From: an uncultured Bacillota bacterium
GTDB taxonomy: Bacteria; Bacillota_I; Bacilli_A; RFN20; CAG-288
NCBI GenBank assembly: GCA_949282275.1
Contig: CASDOO010000002.1
Span: forward strand, 2,022-66,021
DNA: 64,000 nucleotides
Direction: 5' to 3'
The position numbers were made by a program, and so were the translations under genes. Positions within the stretch are counted from its first letter, which is position 1. Each line of letters opens with the position of its first letter. The notes under the pieces were generated by a model. That model did no database searches, had not been told where the DNA came from, and saw only the letters and a list, made by a program, of their open reading frames with translations. Below, one piece after another: positions 1-9,977 of the stretch.

Positions 1-2
1 GG

Positions 3-2105
3 AACATCGACAATTTCAGACGGCAGCTCAAGAGACTGGGCTTTTCCTATGATTGGGACAAGGAAATCAAGACAAGCGATCCTTCCTATTACAAATGGAC
101 CCAGTGGATTTTCCTCCAGCTCTACAAGAACGGCCTTGCCTATGAGGATGACCGTCTTGTCAACTGGTGCCCGGCATTGGGGACCGTCCTTGCCAACGAG
201 GAAGTCATCGATGGCAAGAGCGAAAGGGGCGGCTATCCCGTCGAAAGGAAGCCGATGCGCCAGTGGTGCCTGAAGATCACGGCCTATGCGGACAAGCTTC
301 TCGAGGGCCTGGACACGATCGACTGGCCCTCTTCCACGCTGACGATGCAGAGGAACTGGATTGGAAAGAGCCTCGGAAGCCTTGTCACCTTTGACGTGGT
401 CGACAGCGACCTGTCCTTCGAAGTCTTCACGACCAGGGCCGATACCCTCTTTGGATGCACCTATTGCGTCCTTGCACCAGAGCATCCGCTGGTCAAGAAG
501 CTCACGTCCAAGGAACAACTTCCCGAGGTCGAGAAATACATCGAGGCCTGCGCCAAGAAGTCGGACATGGAAAGGACGGACCTGAGCAAGGAAAAGACCG
601 GCGTCTTCCTTGGAAGCTATGCCATCAATCCCATCAACGGAAGGAAGGTTCCGATCTATATCGGCGACTATGTCCTTGCCACCTATGCCTCGGGTGCGGT
701 CATGGCCGTCCCCTGTCACGACCAGCGGGACTATGACTTTGCCAAGAAACACGATCTTCCGATGATTCAGGTCATTGTGGGGGATGTCAGTGAGGCTGCT
801 TACGAAGGTGATGGCAAGCACATAAACTCGGCATTCGCCGACGGGCTGGACAACAAGGATGCCAAGAAGGCCATCACGGACAAGCTCGTCGAACTCGGGA
901 AGGGCTCCTACAAGGTTTCCTTCAAGCTTCGCGACTGGCTCTTCTCGCGCCAAAGATACTGGGGCGAGCCGATCCCCATGATCCACATGGAAGACGGTTC
1001 CGTCGAACCAGTTGCCGAGAAGGACCTGCCGCTTGTCCTCCCCGAGATGAAGGACTACAAGCCGACCGGGGACGGAAAGCCGCCGCTGAGCAAGGAAAAG
1101 GATTGGGTCGATGTCACCATCGATGGCAGGAAAGGCGAAAGGGAGACGAATACGATGCCCCAGTGGGCCGGTTCCTCCTGGTATTATGCCCGCTATATCG
1201 ATCCCCACAACGAGAACGCCATCGGCGACAAGAAGCTTCTCGACCATTGGCTTCCCGTCGACTGCTATGTCGGCGGTGCCGAGCATGCCGTCCTTCACCT
1301 CCTCTATGCCCGCTTCTGGCACAAGTTCCTCCACGACCAGGGCATCTTTGCCTCCGAGGAGCCTTTCAAGAAGCTCTACCACCAGGGCCTGATCCTTGGA
1401 AGCGATGGCCAGAAGATGTCGAAGTCCCTTGGCAATACCGTCTCCCCGGATGACGTCATCCGCGAATATGGTGCCGACAGCCTGCGTCTTTACGAGATGT
1501 TCAAGGGTCCCGTCGATCAGTCCCTTCCCTGGAGCGAGGATGGTCCCAAGGGCGCCAAGCGCTTCCTGGACAAGTTCTATCGCCTCTATTCGGACCAGAA
1601 CTTCGTCGACAAGTGGACGAAGGAAGGAAACGACAAGCTCGACTACGTCTACAACTTCACCGTCCGCAAGTGCACCAATGATTACGAGAACCTGCACTTC
1701 AACACCGGCATCAGCCAGATTATGATCTGCGTCAACGAGTTCTACAAGGCCGAGATGCTTCCTGTCGACATGCTCGAGGGGCTTCTGAAGCTCCTGGCTC
1801 CGATTGCGCCGCACATCGCCCAGGAATGCTACCATCTCCTTGGAAAGGAAGGCCTTCTCGACTTTACCCCTTGGCCGACCTACGACGAGGCAAAGATCAG
1901 CCAGAAGCCCGTCACCTATGCCGTCCAGGTCAACGGCAAGCTCCGTGCCAAGGTCGAGTATCGCAAGGATGCGACGCCCGAGGAACTCGAGGAACTCAAG
2001 AAGAAGGTCCTGGAACTGCCCGAGCTCAAGCCCTATCTCGAGGGAAAGACCGTCGTCAAGGTCATCGCCATCCTCAATCGCATCGTCTCCGTCGTCGTCA
2101 AGTAA
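3..2105 (+). CDS. leuS: leucyl-tRNA synthetase, C-terminal ~700 aa (5' end upstream of window)
   Basis: Frame 3 is open from the window edge (NIDNFRRQLKRLGFSYDWDKEIKTSDPSYYKWTQW...) and continuous with the 177..2105 ORF. KMSKS loop present (GQKMSKSLGN). A hairpin+T6 terminator follows. Confidence 0.96.
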   Translation, partial: NIDNFRRQLKRLGFSYDWDKEIKTSDPSYYKWTQWIFLQLYKNGLAYEDDRLVNWCPALGTVLANEEVIDGKSERGGYPVERKPMRQWCLKITAYADKLLEGLDTIDWPSSTLTMQRNWIGKSLGSLVTFDVVDSDLSFEVFTTRADTLFGCTYCVLAPEHPLVKKLTSKEQLPEVEKYIEACAKKSDMERTDLSKEKTGVFLGSYAINPINGRKVPIYIGDYVLATYASGAVMAVPCHDQRDYDFAKKHDLPMIQVIVGDVSEAAYEGDGKHINSAFADGLDNKDAKKAITDKLVELGKGSYKVSFKLRDWLFSRQRYWGEPIPMIHMEDGSVEPVAEKDLPLVLPEMKDYKPTGDGKPPLSKEKDWVDVTIDGRKGERETNTMPQWAGSSWYYARYIDPHNENAIGDKKLLDHWLPVDCYVGGAEHAVLHLLYARFWHKFLHDQGIFASEEPFKKLYHQGLILGSDGQKMSKSLGNTVSPDDVIREYGADSLRLYEMFKGPVDQSLPWSEDGPKGAKRFLDKFYRLYSDQNFVDKWTKEGNDKLDYVYNFTVRKCTNDYENLHFNTGISQIMICVNEFYKAEMLPVDMLEGLLKLLAPIAPHIAQECYHLLGKEGLLDFTPWPTYDEAKISQKPVTYAVQVNGKLRAKVEYRKDATPEELEELKKKVLELPELKPYLEGKTVVKVIAILNRIVSVVVK

Positions 2106-2116
2106 ATGGAAAACGA

Positions 2117-2147
2117 GCCTTCCGTCCTTGCGGCGGAAGGCTTTTTT
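2117..2147 (+). terminator. rho-independent terminator after leuS
   Basis: GCCTTCCG (2117-2124) pairs with CGGAAGGC (2134-2141), followed by TTTTTT (2142-2147). Confidence 0.8.
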
Positions 2148-2329
2148 GGTGAGGAATCAAGAACTTTGAAGATCGGCATTTTTCGGAAGTTCATCAAAAT
2201 CATGTTGAACCGGTTTTTCCTCGGAGAATGCAAAGGGCAATCGATAGATTTACGTTTCGAATGACGTTGTTCCTATCAAAGGATGGATTTGAGTGGCTTT
2301 CGGCCCTGACAAGAATATTTGAATGCGAA

Positions 2330-2360
2330 AACGGCCCGGAAAACCGTCTTCCGAGCCGTT
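2330..2360 (-). terminator. possible terminator hairpin downstream of pepC (weak T tract)
   Basis: Minus strand reads AACGGCtCGGAA-gacggtt-TTCCGgGCCGTT followed by TTCGCATTC. The stem is good but the U-tract is poor. Confidence 0.35.
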
Positions 2361-2379
2361 GACAATGCATTTTACGAAA

Positions 2380-3714
2380 CTAGAGAGCAAGGGAACCCAT
2401 CGGATCCCAAGGCTCAAGCTCAATAGGTTCTTCTTCGTATTGGACAATTTCTTCGGGCGTGAGGTGTTTCTTGTTGATGACGACCTGGTAGACGAACTGA
2501 TCGAACCAGGAATCGTCCATGGCATAGAAGCCCTTGTAGCCATTTTGGTCGCCCCAGGAATTCTCCACCTTCCATCGGTCTGTCGATCCATCGTCAAGGA
2601 CGTTGACGCCGGTAAGGACCATCGCATGGGTCATCAGGGATTCGCCATAGTCGAGCCTTTCCTCCTTGGTCATGGCAAAGGAGGTCGAGAAAAGATTGTT
2701 ATAGTCGAAATTCGATAGCGACATGAGGCCGTCCGTCCTTTGCAGAGACTGACCGACATCGGAGCCAAACCAGACGACCTCGCCGTCCTCAAGCTGAGAG
2801 AGGGCGCAGCGCTTTAGCTCCGCGATGGGGAGATTGAGATAGCGGACCTTCTCGCCGACGAGGTTTCCGAGATACTTGACCGTGAAGGAACGATGGAAGG
2901 GCTTGTCCTTTGTCGGGGCATTGATGAGGGAAACGTACTGGTCCAGGTCGATTCCGACATACTTTTCGTAGAATTCCGTTGGCGTGATGTCCTCGATGCG
3001 GATGAAGCGGTTGTCCTTGTCTCGGGTCTCGTAGGTGAAAGAGACAGGCGGCTTTCCAAGGCAGATGACGAGGATGCCATAGATTTCCTTGAGCATCTCC
3101 TCCTTCTTGGCGCGAAGGGAGGGGAGGTCTTCGCCAGCCTCATGGGCCTTCCTCAGGATCGAGGCGTCCTTGCGGAGCTTGAGCGTGATGAGGCTATCCA
3201 TCTCCCGCGTCCTGGAAGAGGAATAGGTTTCCGGCATCGCTTCCTTGGGACAGACGCCATACTTCTTCGTCAGGCCGACGAACATGTTCCATTGTCCGCC
3301 ATCGCCGATGGGATCCCTAAGAAGATGGGAAAGGAGACGGGAAGATAACTTTTCATTAAGGGTTGCAAGGATGTTCTCGAGGAAGAAATTCGATTTTTCG
3401 AGCTTGTCATAGAAGAGCGGATAGTTCTGGCTGAGTTCCATGTTGTCAAGATGGAGCTTTTCCATGACCTTGAGACGAAAGACGTTATAGGCGGCAAACA
3501 TCCAGCAGCGTCCGGACTGTTTCTGGTTGCAGACCTTGCCGGCATCGAGATCGACGGAATAGTTCTCGACAAGGTGCCGCTTGACCTTGTAATTGGTAGC
3601 CGAGGCCGTGGGACCGTTCTGGGTGACGGCAAAGGCGGCAAGACGGTTCTTCTCGCTCTTGTCGAATTCTTCTTCGAAACGGCGAATATCTTCGATTGTG
3701 ATTTTTTCCTTCAT
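2380..3714 (-). CDS. pepC: aminopeptidase C / bleomycin-hydrolase-type cysteine peptidase (family C1B)
   Basis: 444 aa. Catalytic Cys context QKQSGRCWMFAA. His/Asn region HAMVLTG...WKVENSWG. C-terminal PWDPMGSLAL tail typical of PepC. GGAGAG SD before the ATG. Confidence 0.9.
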   Translation of the reverse strand: MKEKITIEDIRRFEEEFDKSEKNRLAAFAVTQNGPTASATNYKVKRHLVENYSVDLDAGKVCNQKQSGRCWMFAAYNVFRLKVMEKLHLDNMELSQNYPLFYDKLEKSNFFLENILATLNEKLSSRLLSHLLRDPIGDGGQWNMFVGLTKKYGVCPKEAMPETYSSSRTREMDSLITLKLRKDASILRKAHEAGEDLPSLRAKKEEMLKEIYGILVICLGKPPVSFTYETRDKDNRFIRIEDITPTEFYEKYVGIDLDQYVSLINAPTKDKPFHRSFTVKYLGNLVGEKVRYLNLPIAELKRCALSQLEDGEVVWFGSDVGQSLQRTDGLMSLSNFDYNNLFSTSFAMTKEERLDYGESLMTHAMVLTGVNVLDDGSTDRWKVENSWGDQNGYKGFYAMDDSWFDQFVYQVVINKKHLTPEEIVQYEEEPIELEPWDPMGSLAL

Positions 3715-3729
3715 CTGTTCTCTCCTTTT

Positions 3730-5055
3730 CTAGAACAACGTGTTGTAAGGGTCGACCTCGACAAGCTTGGAACCATCGTAGCTTTCGACGACCTTCTTGG
3801 GAAGGTATTTCCTGTTGACGATGACTTGGAAGACATTGTCCGTGAACCATTCGTCGGACATGACGTAGAAACCGTCGAAGCCGTTTTCCTTGCCCCAGGA
3901 ATTCTCGACCTTCCAACGATCGGGCTTTCCTTCGTCATCGATGTTGACGCCAGTCAGGCACATGGCGTGGGAGCAGTGGGCAATGCGCATGTCCAGGCGC
4001 TTTCCCTTGTCATGGAGAAGGTCGATGCCGAAGACGGATTCGTAATCATATAGAGAGGCATCCAGGACGCCTTCCTTACGCAAGGACTGTTCGCCGACGT
4101 CGGCGGCAAACCACAAGGGCTCGTTCTCCTTAAGGGAAGCAATGGCCCCTTGCTTGATGGTCTTCATGTCGGTGGCAAAGAATACGACCGGCTCTCCGCC
4201 AAGGACGTTGTTGACAAGAGGGGCGGCATAACGGACGTTTTTCTTCCAGCCTGCGAGCGGGACATGCGAAAGCGGGACGTATTCCGCAAGCGTGGTGCCA
4301 ATGTGTTTTTCATAGAAGGCAAGAGGCGTCATCCTTTCCTCGCGATGGAAATTCTTTTCCTTGTCCCGGTATTCGAAGACGAAATCCTTCGGCGGAAGGC
4401 CTAGGCAGACGGAAAGGACACGATAGTAGTCCGAAAGCATCCTCTCCTTGAGCTTCCTTGCTTCCTTGGTCCCTTTCTTTTTTGCGCATTCCCGTAGCTT
4501 GAAAGCATCCCTCTTGAGGACCTTCGAAAGAAGGACGTTGAGCTCGCCGGTATCGCAGCTGACGGCTGTGTCGGGCATCGCATAGGAAGGGACGATGCCG
4601 TATTTCCTTACAAGGCTAACGAACATCGCCCAATGGCCGCCGTCGCCCAAGGCCGAATCCAGAAGGAAGACGTTTTCCCTTGATGCGATGTCTTCCGTGG
4701 AACGCTCGAGGATCTTCTCGAGGAAGAAGTTTCCCTTCTCGAGCTTGTCGTAGAACTGGAGATAGGCTTGGGAAAGCTCGATGTCGGCAATGCCCAGCGT
4801 GTCGATAAGCTTCTTCCGGAGGACATTGAGACCGGCAAACATCCAGCAACGTCCGGAGCGTTTCTGGTTAGTGACCTTGCCGCAATCGAGATCGATCGAG
4901 AAGACCGTCGGCAGCTTTCTATTCCGGGAAAGATCCACAAGTGCCTTTCCGATGCCGCAGGACGTGACGGCATTGGAAACGATTTTGGCTTTTTCGTCTT
5001 TTTGGTAGGCTTCCCTGAAGGAAGCGATATTGTCCAAGGTAAGGCTGGAATCCAT
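3730..5055 (-). CDS. pepC: second aminopeptidase C paralog (family C1B)
   Basis: 441 aa. QKRSGRCWMFAG, HAMCLTG...WKVENSWG. A diverged tandem paralog of the neighbour (roughly 40% identity by eye). GGAGG SD. Confidence 0.88.
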   Translation of the reverse strand: MDSSLTLDNIASFREAYQKDEKAKIVSNAVTSCGIGKALVDLSRNRKLPTVFSIDLDCGKVTNQKRSGRCWMFAGLNVLRKKLIDTLGIADIELSQAYLQFYDKLEKGNFFLEKILERSTEDIASRENVFLLDSALGDGGHWAMFVSLVRKYGIVPSYAMPDTAVSCDTGELNVLLSKVLKRDAFKLRECAKKKGTKEARKLKERMLSDYYRVLSVCLGLPPKDFVFEYRDKEKNFHREERMTPLAFYEKHIGTTLAEYVPLSHVPLAGWKKNVRYAAPLVNNVLGGEPVVFFATDMKTIKQGAIASLKENEPLWFAADVGEQSLRKEGVLDASLYDYESVFGIDLLHDKGKRLDMRIAHCSHAMCLTGVNIDDEGKPDRWKVENSWGKENGFDGFYVMSDEWFTDNVFQVIVNRKYLPKKVVESYDGSKLVEVDPYNTLF

Positions 5056-5076
5056 GAATGATTACCTCCGGAAAGT

Positions 5077-5085
5077 ACTATACCA
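5077..5085 (-). promoter_or_regulatory. candidate extended -10 promoter (TGgTATAGT) for the pepC tandem
   Basis: Minus strand reads ctttgTGGTATAGTactttccGGAGGtaatcaATG. Confidence 0.4.
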
Positions 5086-5156
5086 CAAAGCCAGGAATCC
5101 GAGTTGACCATGATTTACAAAATATGGCAAACCCGACGGGGAAAGCGGTATATCGG

Positions 5157-5165
5157 TGCTATAAT
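5157..5165 (+). promoter_or_regulatory. candidate extended -10 promoter (TGcTATAAT) for tex
   Basis: ggTGcTATAAT lies 43 nt upstream of ATG 5209, and AGGAGG lies in the leader. Confidence 0.45.
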
Positions 5166-5208
5166 AAAAAAAGAGAAAGAATCTTTCTTTCACCTACAAG
5201 GAGGACAT

Positions 5209-7356
5209 ATGCCGATCGACAAAAGCGAAATCATAGCAAGGGAACTCCATTTGGACATTCGTGGCGTCAATGCCGCCATAACCCTGCTCAAAGAGGGCAA
5301 CACCGTCCCTTTCATCGCCCGTTACAGGAAGGAAGTCACCGGGTCCCTGACTGACGAGGACCTGCGCCATCTTGAGGAAAGGCTTTCCTATCTCGAAAAC
5401 CTCGAGGACAGGAAGAAGACGGTCTTCAAGAGCCTCGCCGAGCAGAAGATCGACGATCCCGTCCTCCTTTCCAAGATCGAGGAATCCCTTCTCCTGAGCG
5501 AGGTTGAGGACCTTTACCGTCCCTACAAGCCCAAGAAGCTTACCCGTGCCGTCAAGGCCAGGAAGGCGGGGCTTGAGCCTTTGTCGAAGTTCTTCCTGGA
5601 AGACAGGACGGGGACGCTTGAAAGCGAAGCCAAAAAATACCTTGCGGAAGGCTATGAAACGCCGGAAAAGGCTATTCAAGGCGCTTTGGACATCATTGCC
5701 GAGGACATTTCCGACAACGCCAACTATCGCACTTTCATCAAGTCCCTTGCCTACAAAAGAGGTATCGTCAAGACCCTCAAGACAAAGGATGCCGACAGCG
5801 ATGTCTTCGACAACTATGCCGACTATTCCCGCCCGATATCTTCCCTCAAGGGCTATAACGTCCTTGCCATCAACAGGGGCGTCAAGAAGAAATGCCTTTC
5901 GCGGTCTCTCCTTCTTCCGGACGAGGAAATCCTCTCCCATATCCTGACCTTTTCCTTCCATACCCGCTCTCCCTATACTGAACTCAACCGAAAGACGGCA
6001 CAGGACAGCTACGACAGGCTGATCAAGCCTTCGATCGAGAACGAAGTCTTCGCCGACCTCATGGAAAAGGCCTCCGCCCAGGCCATCGAGGAATTCAAGG
6101 TCTCCCTGAGGGCGACACTTCTTTATCCGCCCCTTCGCGGAAAGAGGGTCATGGGCTTCGATCCGGGCTTTGCCCATGGCTGCAAGCTGGCCTTCATCGA
6201 CGAGAACGGAAAGGTCCTGGGAACACACGTCCTGAACAACCCTTTCATGAACGACAGAAGCCGGAAGGCCGCCCTGGATGTCCTTTTCGGCCTGGTGCAG
6301 AAGCACAAGACCTACGTCGTTGCCCTTGGCAACGGCCATGCTTCCAGGGAAAGCGAGAGTCTCCTTTCGGAATTGCGGAAGATGCCGGGGATGGAAGAAC
6401 TGGAAGTCGTCATCGTCAGCGAATCGGGCGCTTCGATCTATTCGGCAACTGAGCTGGCGCAGAAAGAGTTCCCCCAGTACGAGCCCAATATCCGTTCCGC
6501 CATCTCGATTGCCCGGCGTCTTGAGGATCCCTTGGCCGAGCTTGTCAAGATTCCCCCAATGTCCATCGGCGTGGGCCAATATCAATACGACATCGACGAG
6601 AAGAAGCTCTCGGAAGCCTTGACCGGCGTCGTCGAGGACGTCGTCAACTATGTCGGAGTCAATCTCAATTCCGCCTCGTCCGCCCTTCTTTCCTATGTTT
6701 CCGGAATCAAGGCGAAGATCGCCAATGCCATCGTCAGCTATCGTGAGAAAAACGGCCCGATCCTTTCCCGTGAGGCCCTCAAGGACGTTCCTTACCTCGG
6801 CCCGAAGAGCTTCGAGAACTGCGCCGGCTTCCTCCGCATCCCTGAAAGCAAGGAATTCCTTGACGATACCGCCGTCCATCCCGAATCCTATCCCATCGCC
6901 CGTGCCATCATGAAACGTTTCGGCATAGCCGAAAAGGAAGGCGATAGGAGCGTCCTGTCCCGCCTTGGCGAGGAAGAGATAGAATCCCTTGCCGGCGAAC
7001 TTAAGGTCGGAAAGGAAACGCTAAAGGACATCCTCCTTGAGATCGTCAAGCCCAGTCGCGATCCCAGAAAGGCCCTGAAGACGGCCAAGCTTAGGGAAGA
7101 CATCAAGGACATCAAGGATCTCAAACCGGGCGAAATCCTGGAGGGAACCATTCGCAACGTGACGGGCTTCGGATTCTTTATCGACCTTGGCATCGAGATC
7201 AACGGCCTCGTCCATGTCACCGAGATAAGAAACGGACACGTGGAAGATCCGCACCTCTATGGCAAGCCTGGCGATATCGTCAAGGTGAAGGTCAAGGAAG
7301 TCGACCTGAAAAGAAAACGCATCTCGCTGACGATGAAGGGCATCAAGCAGGATTGA
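5209..7356 (+). CDS. tex: Tex-like transcription accessory protein (YqgF/HhH/S1 domains)
   Basis: MPIDKSEIIARELHL... N-terminus typical of Tex. C-terminal S1 domain (GEILEGTIRNVTGFGFFIDLGIEINGLVHVTEI). Start moved from the ORF-track 5104 to ATG 5209 because AGGAGG sits 5 nt upstream. Confidence 0.9.
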   Translation: MPIDKSEIIARELHLDIRGVNAAITLLKEGNTVPFIARYRKEVTGSLTDEDLRHLEERLSYLENLEDRKKTVFKSLAEQKIDDPVLLSKIEESLLLSEVEDLYRPYKPKKLTRAVKARKAGLEPLSKFFLEDRTGTLESEAKKYLAEGYETPEKAIQGALDIIAEDISDNANYRTFIKSLAYKRGIVKTLKTKDADSDVFDNYADYSRPISSLKGYNVLAINRGVKKKCLSRSLLLPDEEILSHILTFSFHTRSPYTELNRKTAQDSYDRLIKPSIENEVFADLMEKASAQAIEEFKVSLRATLLYPPLRGKRVMGFDPGFAHGCKLAFIDENGKVLGTHVLNNPFMNDRSRKAALDVLFGLVQKHKTYVVALGNGHASRESESLLSELRKMPGMEELEVVIVSESGASIYSATELAQKEFPQYEPNIRSAISIARRLEDPLAELVKIPPMSIGVGQYQYDIDEKKLSEALTGVVEDVVNYVGVNLNSASSALLSYVSGIKAKIANAIVSYREKNGPILSREALKDVPYLGPKSFENCAGFLRIPESKEFLDDTAVHPESYPIARAIMKRFGIAEKEGDRSVLSRLGEEEIESLAGELKVGKETLKDILLEIVKPSRDPRKALKTAKLREDIKDIKDLKPGEILEGTIRNVTGFGFFIDLGIEINGLVHVTEIRNGHVEDPHLYGKPGDIVKVKVKEVDLKRKRISLTMKGIKQD

Positions 7357-7415
7357 GCCGATTATGTTAATATAGTTTGCAGTTGCCGAAACATTGAAAG
7401 AAAAAGGAGGTTAGC

Positions 7416-7775
7416 ATGACCGACTACGTCTATCTCGGAAATCAGAGAAACGGAAGGAAAGGCATATCGACCTTTGTCTACGTGCAGATTGCTGAGGAAG
7501 CCATCGAGGAACTGCTCTCGGGCGAACGCAAGGACCAGTTCCAGCTCTGTCGGACGAAGAAAGGGCCCAAGATCGTGGCGCGTGTCGACAAGAGGAACCA
7601 TGTCGCCATCGATATCGAGATCGCCCTTGGCGACCAGACCGAGGCCCAGGAATGCTGCTCGGCCATCCAAAAGGCCGTCTACGAGGCAATCGACGACCTC
7701 CTGGAGATGCCGCCAAGCCGTGTCAATGTCGCCATCAGCAAGATCGCGCCCCGAAAAGATGCCCAGGGAAAGTAG
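7416..7775 (+). CDS. Asp23/Gls24-family (alkaline shock) protein
   Basis: 119 aa with Asp23-like sequence (ISTFVYVQIAEEAI...VNVAISKI). Sits directly upstream of nusB, like B. subtilis yqhY. AGGAGG SD. Confidence 0.8.
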   Translation: MTDYVYLGNQRNGRKGISTFVYVQIAEEAIEELLSGERKDQFQLCRTKKGPKIVARVDKRNHVAIDIEIALGDQTEAQECCSAIQKAVYEAIDDLLEMPPSRVNVAISKIAPRKDAQGK

Positions 7776-8301
7776 TCCTTCTTCCGAAAAAGGGAAGGGA
7801 AGCCTCGGATATCTTGCGACATTGCCAATCGTCCTTGCCATCTTCTCCCTTGTTGCCGAGCTTCTTCTTCAATCGACTTTCGTCCTCGAACAGGACGGCT
7901 CTTTCTCCCCGGGCTATGGTTCGGGCCTTCTCTTCTCCTCTTCCGGCATGATGCTCTTCTCCCTTCTTGGCGGCGGAGACATGGAAAGGGCACAAGGCCT
8001 GATGGCGATCGTCAACATCCCCCTGTCCCTCGCCTTCCTCTTCCTCTCTTCCTATGCCATCAAGGGAAAGAGGATTTGCTTCCTTGTCCCCTTCCTTCTC
8101 TATCTTGCGGACCTCATCGTCGGCATCGTCTTCCTGGCGATGTCCCAGGCAGGTCTCTTCGTTCTTCGGGTCAGCGTCCTGGATATCGTCCTCAACGTCA
8201 TGATCCATCTCCTGGGCCTTTTGGGCCTAGGCTATGCCGTCTATGCTCTTTACGTCAAAGGAAAGGACAAGAAAAAACATGGAAATGAACAGGACAGATG
8301 A
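7759..8301 (+). CDS. hypothetical polytopic membrane protein
   Basis: This is the C-terminal 180 aa of the 7474..8301 ORF, with about 5 hydrophobic helices (LATLPIVLAIFSLVAELLL, ...). The upstream part of that ORF overlaps the Asp23 gene out of frame and looks non-coding. Start choice is uncertain. Confidence 0.5.
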   Translation: MPRESSPSSEKGKGSLGYLATLPIVLAIFSLVAELLLQSTFVLEQDGSFSPGYGSGLLFSSSGMMLFSLLGGGDMERAQGLMAIVNIPLSLAFLFLSSYAIKGKRICFLVPFLLYLADLIVGIVFLAMSQAGLFVLRVSVLDIVLNVMIHLLGLLGLGYAVYALYVKGKDKKKHGNEQDR

Positions 8302-8710
8302 ACGCACGAAGGTCATGCAGGCCCTTTACCAGGTCTTCCTCTACCTCGAGAACAAGGAGGATTTCGATGCGACGGACGTGCTCCTTGGCCAATTCGGGGT
8401 CGAGAAGATAGAGGATGTGCCCGCCTTCTCTCGCTGCATCTATGGTCTTGCGCTGGAAAACTACGATGCCATCCAGGAGGAGATTTCCAAGCATCTTGTC
8501 AATTGGACTTTCAACCGTCTGGACGATGTCTGCAAGGCAATCCTTTTCGAGGCCGTCAGCGAAGGCCGTTATGCCAAGCTGGCTCCCAGGAAAGTCGTCA
8601 TCAGCGAGGCCGTCAAGATGAGCAAGAACTACCTCAAGGACGGCGACCATCGCTTCGTCAATGCCGTCCTTGACAAATGCATTCCGGCCTATGACTTCCA
8701 ATCCCGGTAG
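8279..8710 (+). CDS. nusB: transcription antitermination factor NusB
   Basis: MEMNRTDERTKVMQALYQ... and the length are typical of NusB. Synteny nusB-xseA-xseB. Confidence 0.9.
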   Translation: MEMNRTDERTKVMQALYQVFLYLENKEDFDATDVLLGQFGVEKIEDVPAFSRCIYGLALENYDAIQEEISKHLVNWTFNRLDDVCKAILFEAVSEGRYAKLAPRKVVISEAVKMSKNYLKDGDHRFVNAVLDKCIPAYDFQSR

Positions 8711-9965
8711 GATTTTTTCCGTCGGCGAACTCTCCGAAATCCTCAAGGCCTGCTTTTCCAATCCCGGCTTCCAGCATTTGGCCGTCATGGGCGAGGTCTA
8801 TTCCATCAAGCTCGGCAAGTTTTCCTATCTCGAAATCGGAGACCAGGGAAAGGACCAGACTTCCTCGCCCCTTCTCAAATGCGCTTTCCGGACCCTGTAT
8901 GGCGATCCGTATGGACTTGGCGCCATCAAGCGCGGGGACGTCATCAAGATCGTCGGAAGCCTTTCCTATTATGCCCACGGTTCTTCCGTGACATTATGGG
9001 GCGAGGACATCGAGCTCGTCCAGACACAGCAAGGAAAAAGCTATCTCCAGAGACGAAAGACCCTGGAAAAGCTTGAGAGGCTTGGTTATCTCGACGAAAA
9101 AAGAAAAAGGCCGATTCCTTCCTTTTGCAAGAAGGTGGCTATCATAACGGCAAAGGATTCCGCGGCGTATTCCGACATCCGGAAGACGCTTCATGAGCGC
9201 TTCCCCGTCTCGACGGTCCTCTATCCGGCAACGGTCCAAGGGGAAACGGCCGCAAAAAGCATGCTGTCCGCCTTGAAGAAGGCCACGAAGGAGGACTATG
9301 ACTGCATCCTCTTGGGAAGAGGCGGCGGAAGCAAGACCGACCTCTCCTGCTTCGACGATGAAGGACTCTGCCTTGCCATCGCCACTTCCCCGATACCCAT
9401 CATCACCTGCATCGGCCACACCATCGACACGGCCATTGCCGACATGGTCAGCGACAAGAGGGCCATCACGCCGACGGAAGGGGCATCGCTTATCAATCCT
9501 TCCCTTGCCGATGTTCGCAAAGAGCACAAGGATTTGCGAAGAGACCTCGACGAAGCCTTCCTGGATCTTGTCGACGAGAAGGCCCAACAGCTTTCTTCCT
9601 TCATGGAGAGGCTTAAGGACCTATCGCCTGCACGACGGGCAAAGGAGAAGAAGGACATGCTCCTCCAGATTGAGAGCCAGACGGAGAAAGCCTATCTTGC
9701 CCAATTGGGACGGCTTATGACAGAGGTCATAGAATCCCGGGAAAGGATGCGCAAACTCTTCGCCTTGTTGCTGGACAGAGAGAAGGTAAGGCTCGAGTCC
9801 CTGAATGGGACAATAAAGGCCTATTCCCTGGACCATGTCGCAAGACAGGGCTATGCGATCCTTTTCAAGGACGGAAAGAAGATCACGTCCTCTGCCATGC
9901 TGTCTTCCGGGGACAAGGTTACGATCACCTATCCCGACGGCAGGAAAGATGCGACGATCGAATGA
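8691..9965 (+). CDS. xseA: exodeoxyribonuclease VII large subunit
   Basis: OB-fold N-terminus (IFSVGELSEILKACF...MGEVYS), a catalytic core, and a coiled-coil C-terminal region. The start could be ATG 8691 or ATG 8661; neither has a clear SD. Confidence 0.9.
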   Translation: MTSNPGRIFSVGELSEILKACFSNPGFQHLAVMGEVYSIKLGKFSYLEIGDQGKDQTSSPLLKCAFRTLYGDPYGLGAIKRGDVIKIVGSLSYYAHGSSVTLWGEDIELVQTQQGKSYLQRRKTLEKLERLGYLDEKRKRPIPSFCKKVAIITAKDSAAYSDIRKTLHERFPVSTVLYPATVQGETAAKSMLSALKKATKEDYDCILLGRGGGSKTDLSCFDDEGLCLAIATSPIPIITCIGHTIDTAIADMVSDKRAITPTEGASLINPSLADVRKEHKDLRRDLDEAFLDLVDEKAQQLSSFMERLKDLSPARRAKEKKDMLLQIESQTEKAYLAQLGRLMTEVIESRERMRKLFALLLDREKVRLESLNGTIKAYSLDHVARQGYAILFKDGKKITSSAMLSSGDKVTITYPDGRKDATIE

Positions 9966-9977
9966 GGTAGGAATATC

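Noticed and set aside
5194-6879. Other long antisense ORFs: 5194-6879, 10876-11613, 12392-13522, 22394-23566, 23944-25431, 25325-27358, 30597-32144, 32620-34104, 35872-37701, 40128-41654, 43689-45065, 58967-61393 and 61409-62542.
   Set aside because: Each lies fully inside, and opposite to, a gene with clear conserved motifs. Their translations are repetitive and motif-free. It is the same codon-bias artefact as above.
7474-7758. The upstream 95 codons of the 7474-8301 ORF.
   Set aside because: They overlap the Asp23-family gene in another frame and have an R/S/P-rich, non-membrane composition. Only the hydrophobic C-terminal part from ATG 7759 is called.
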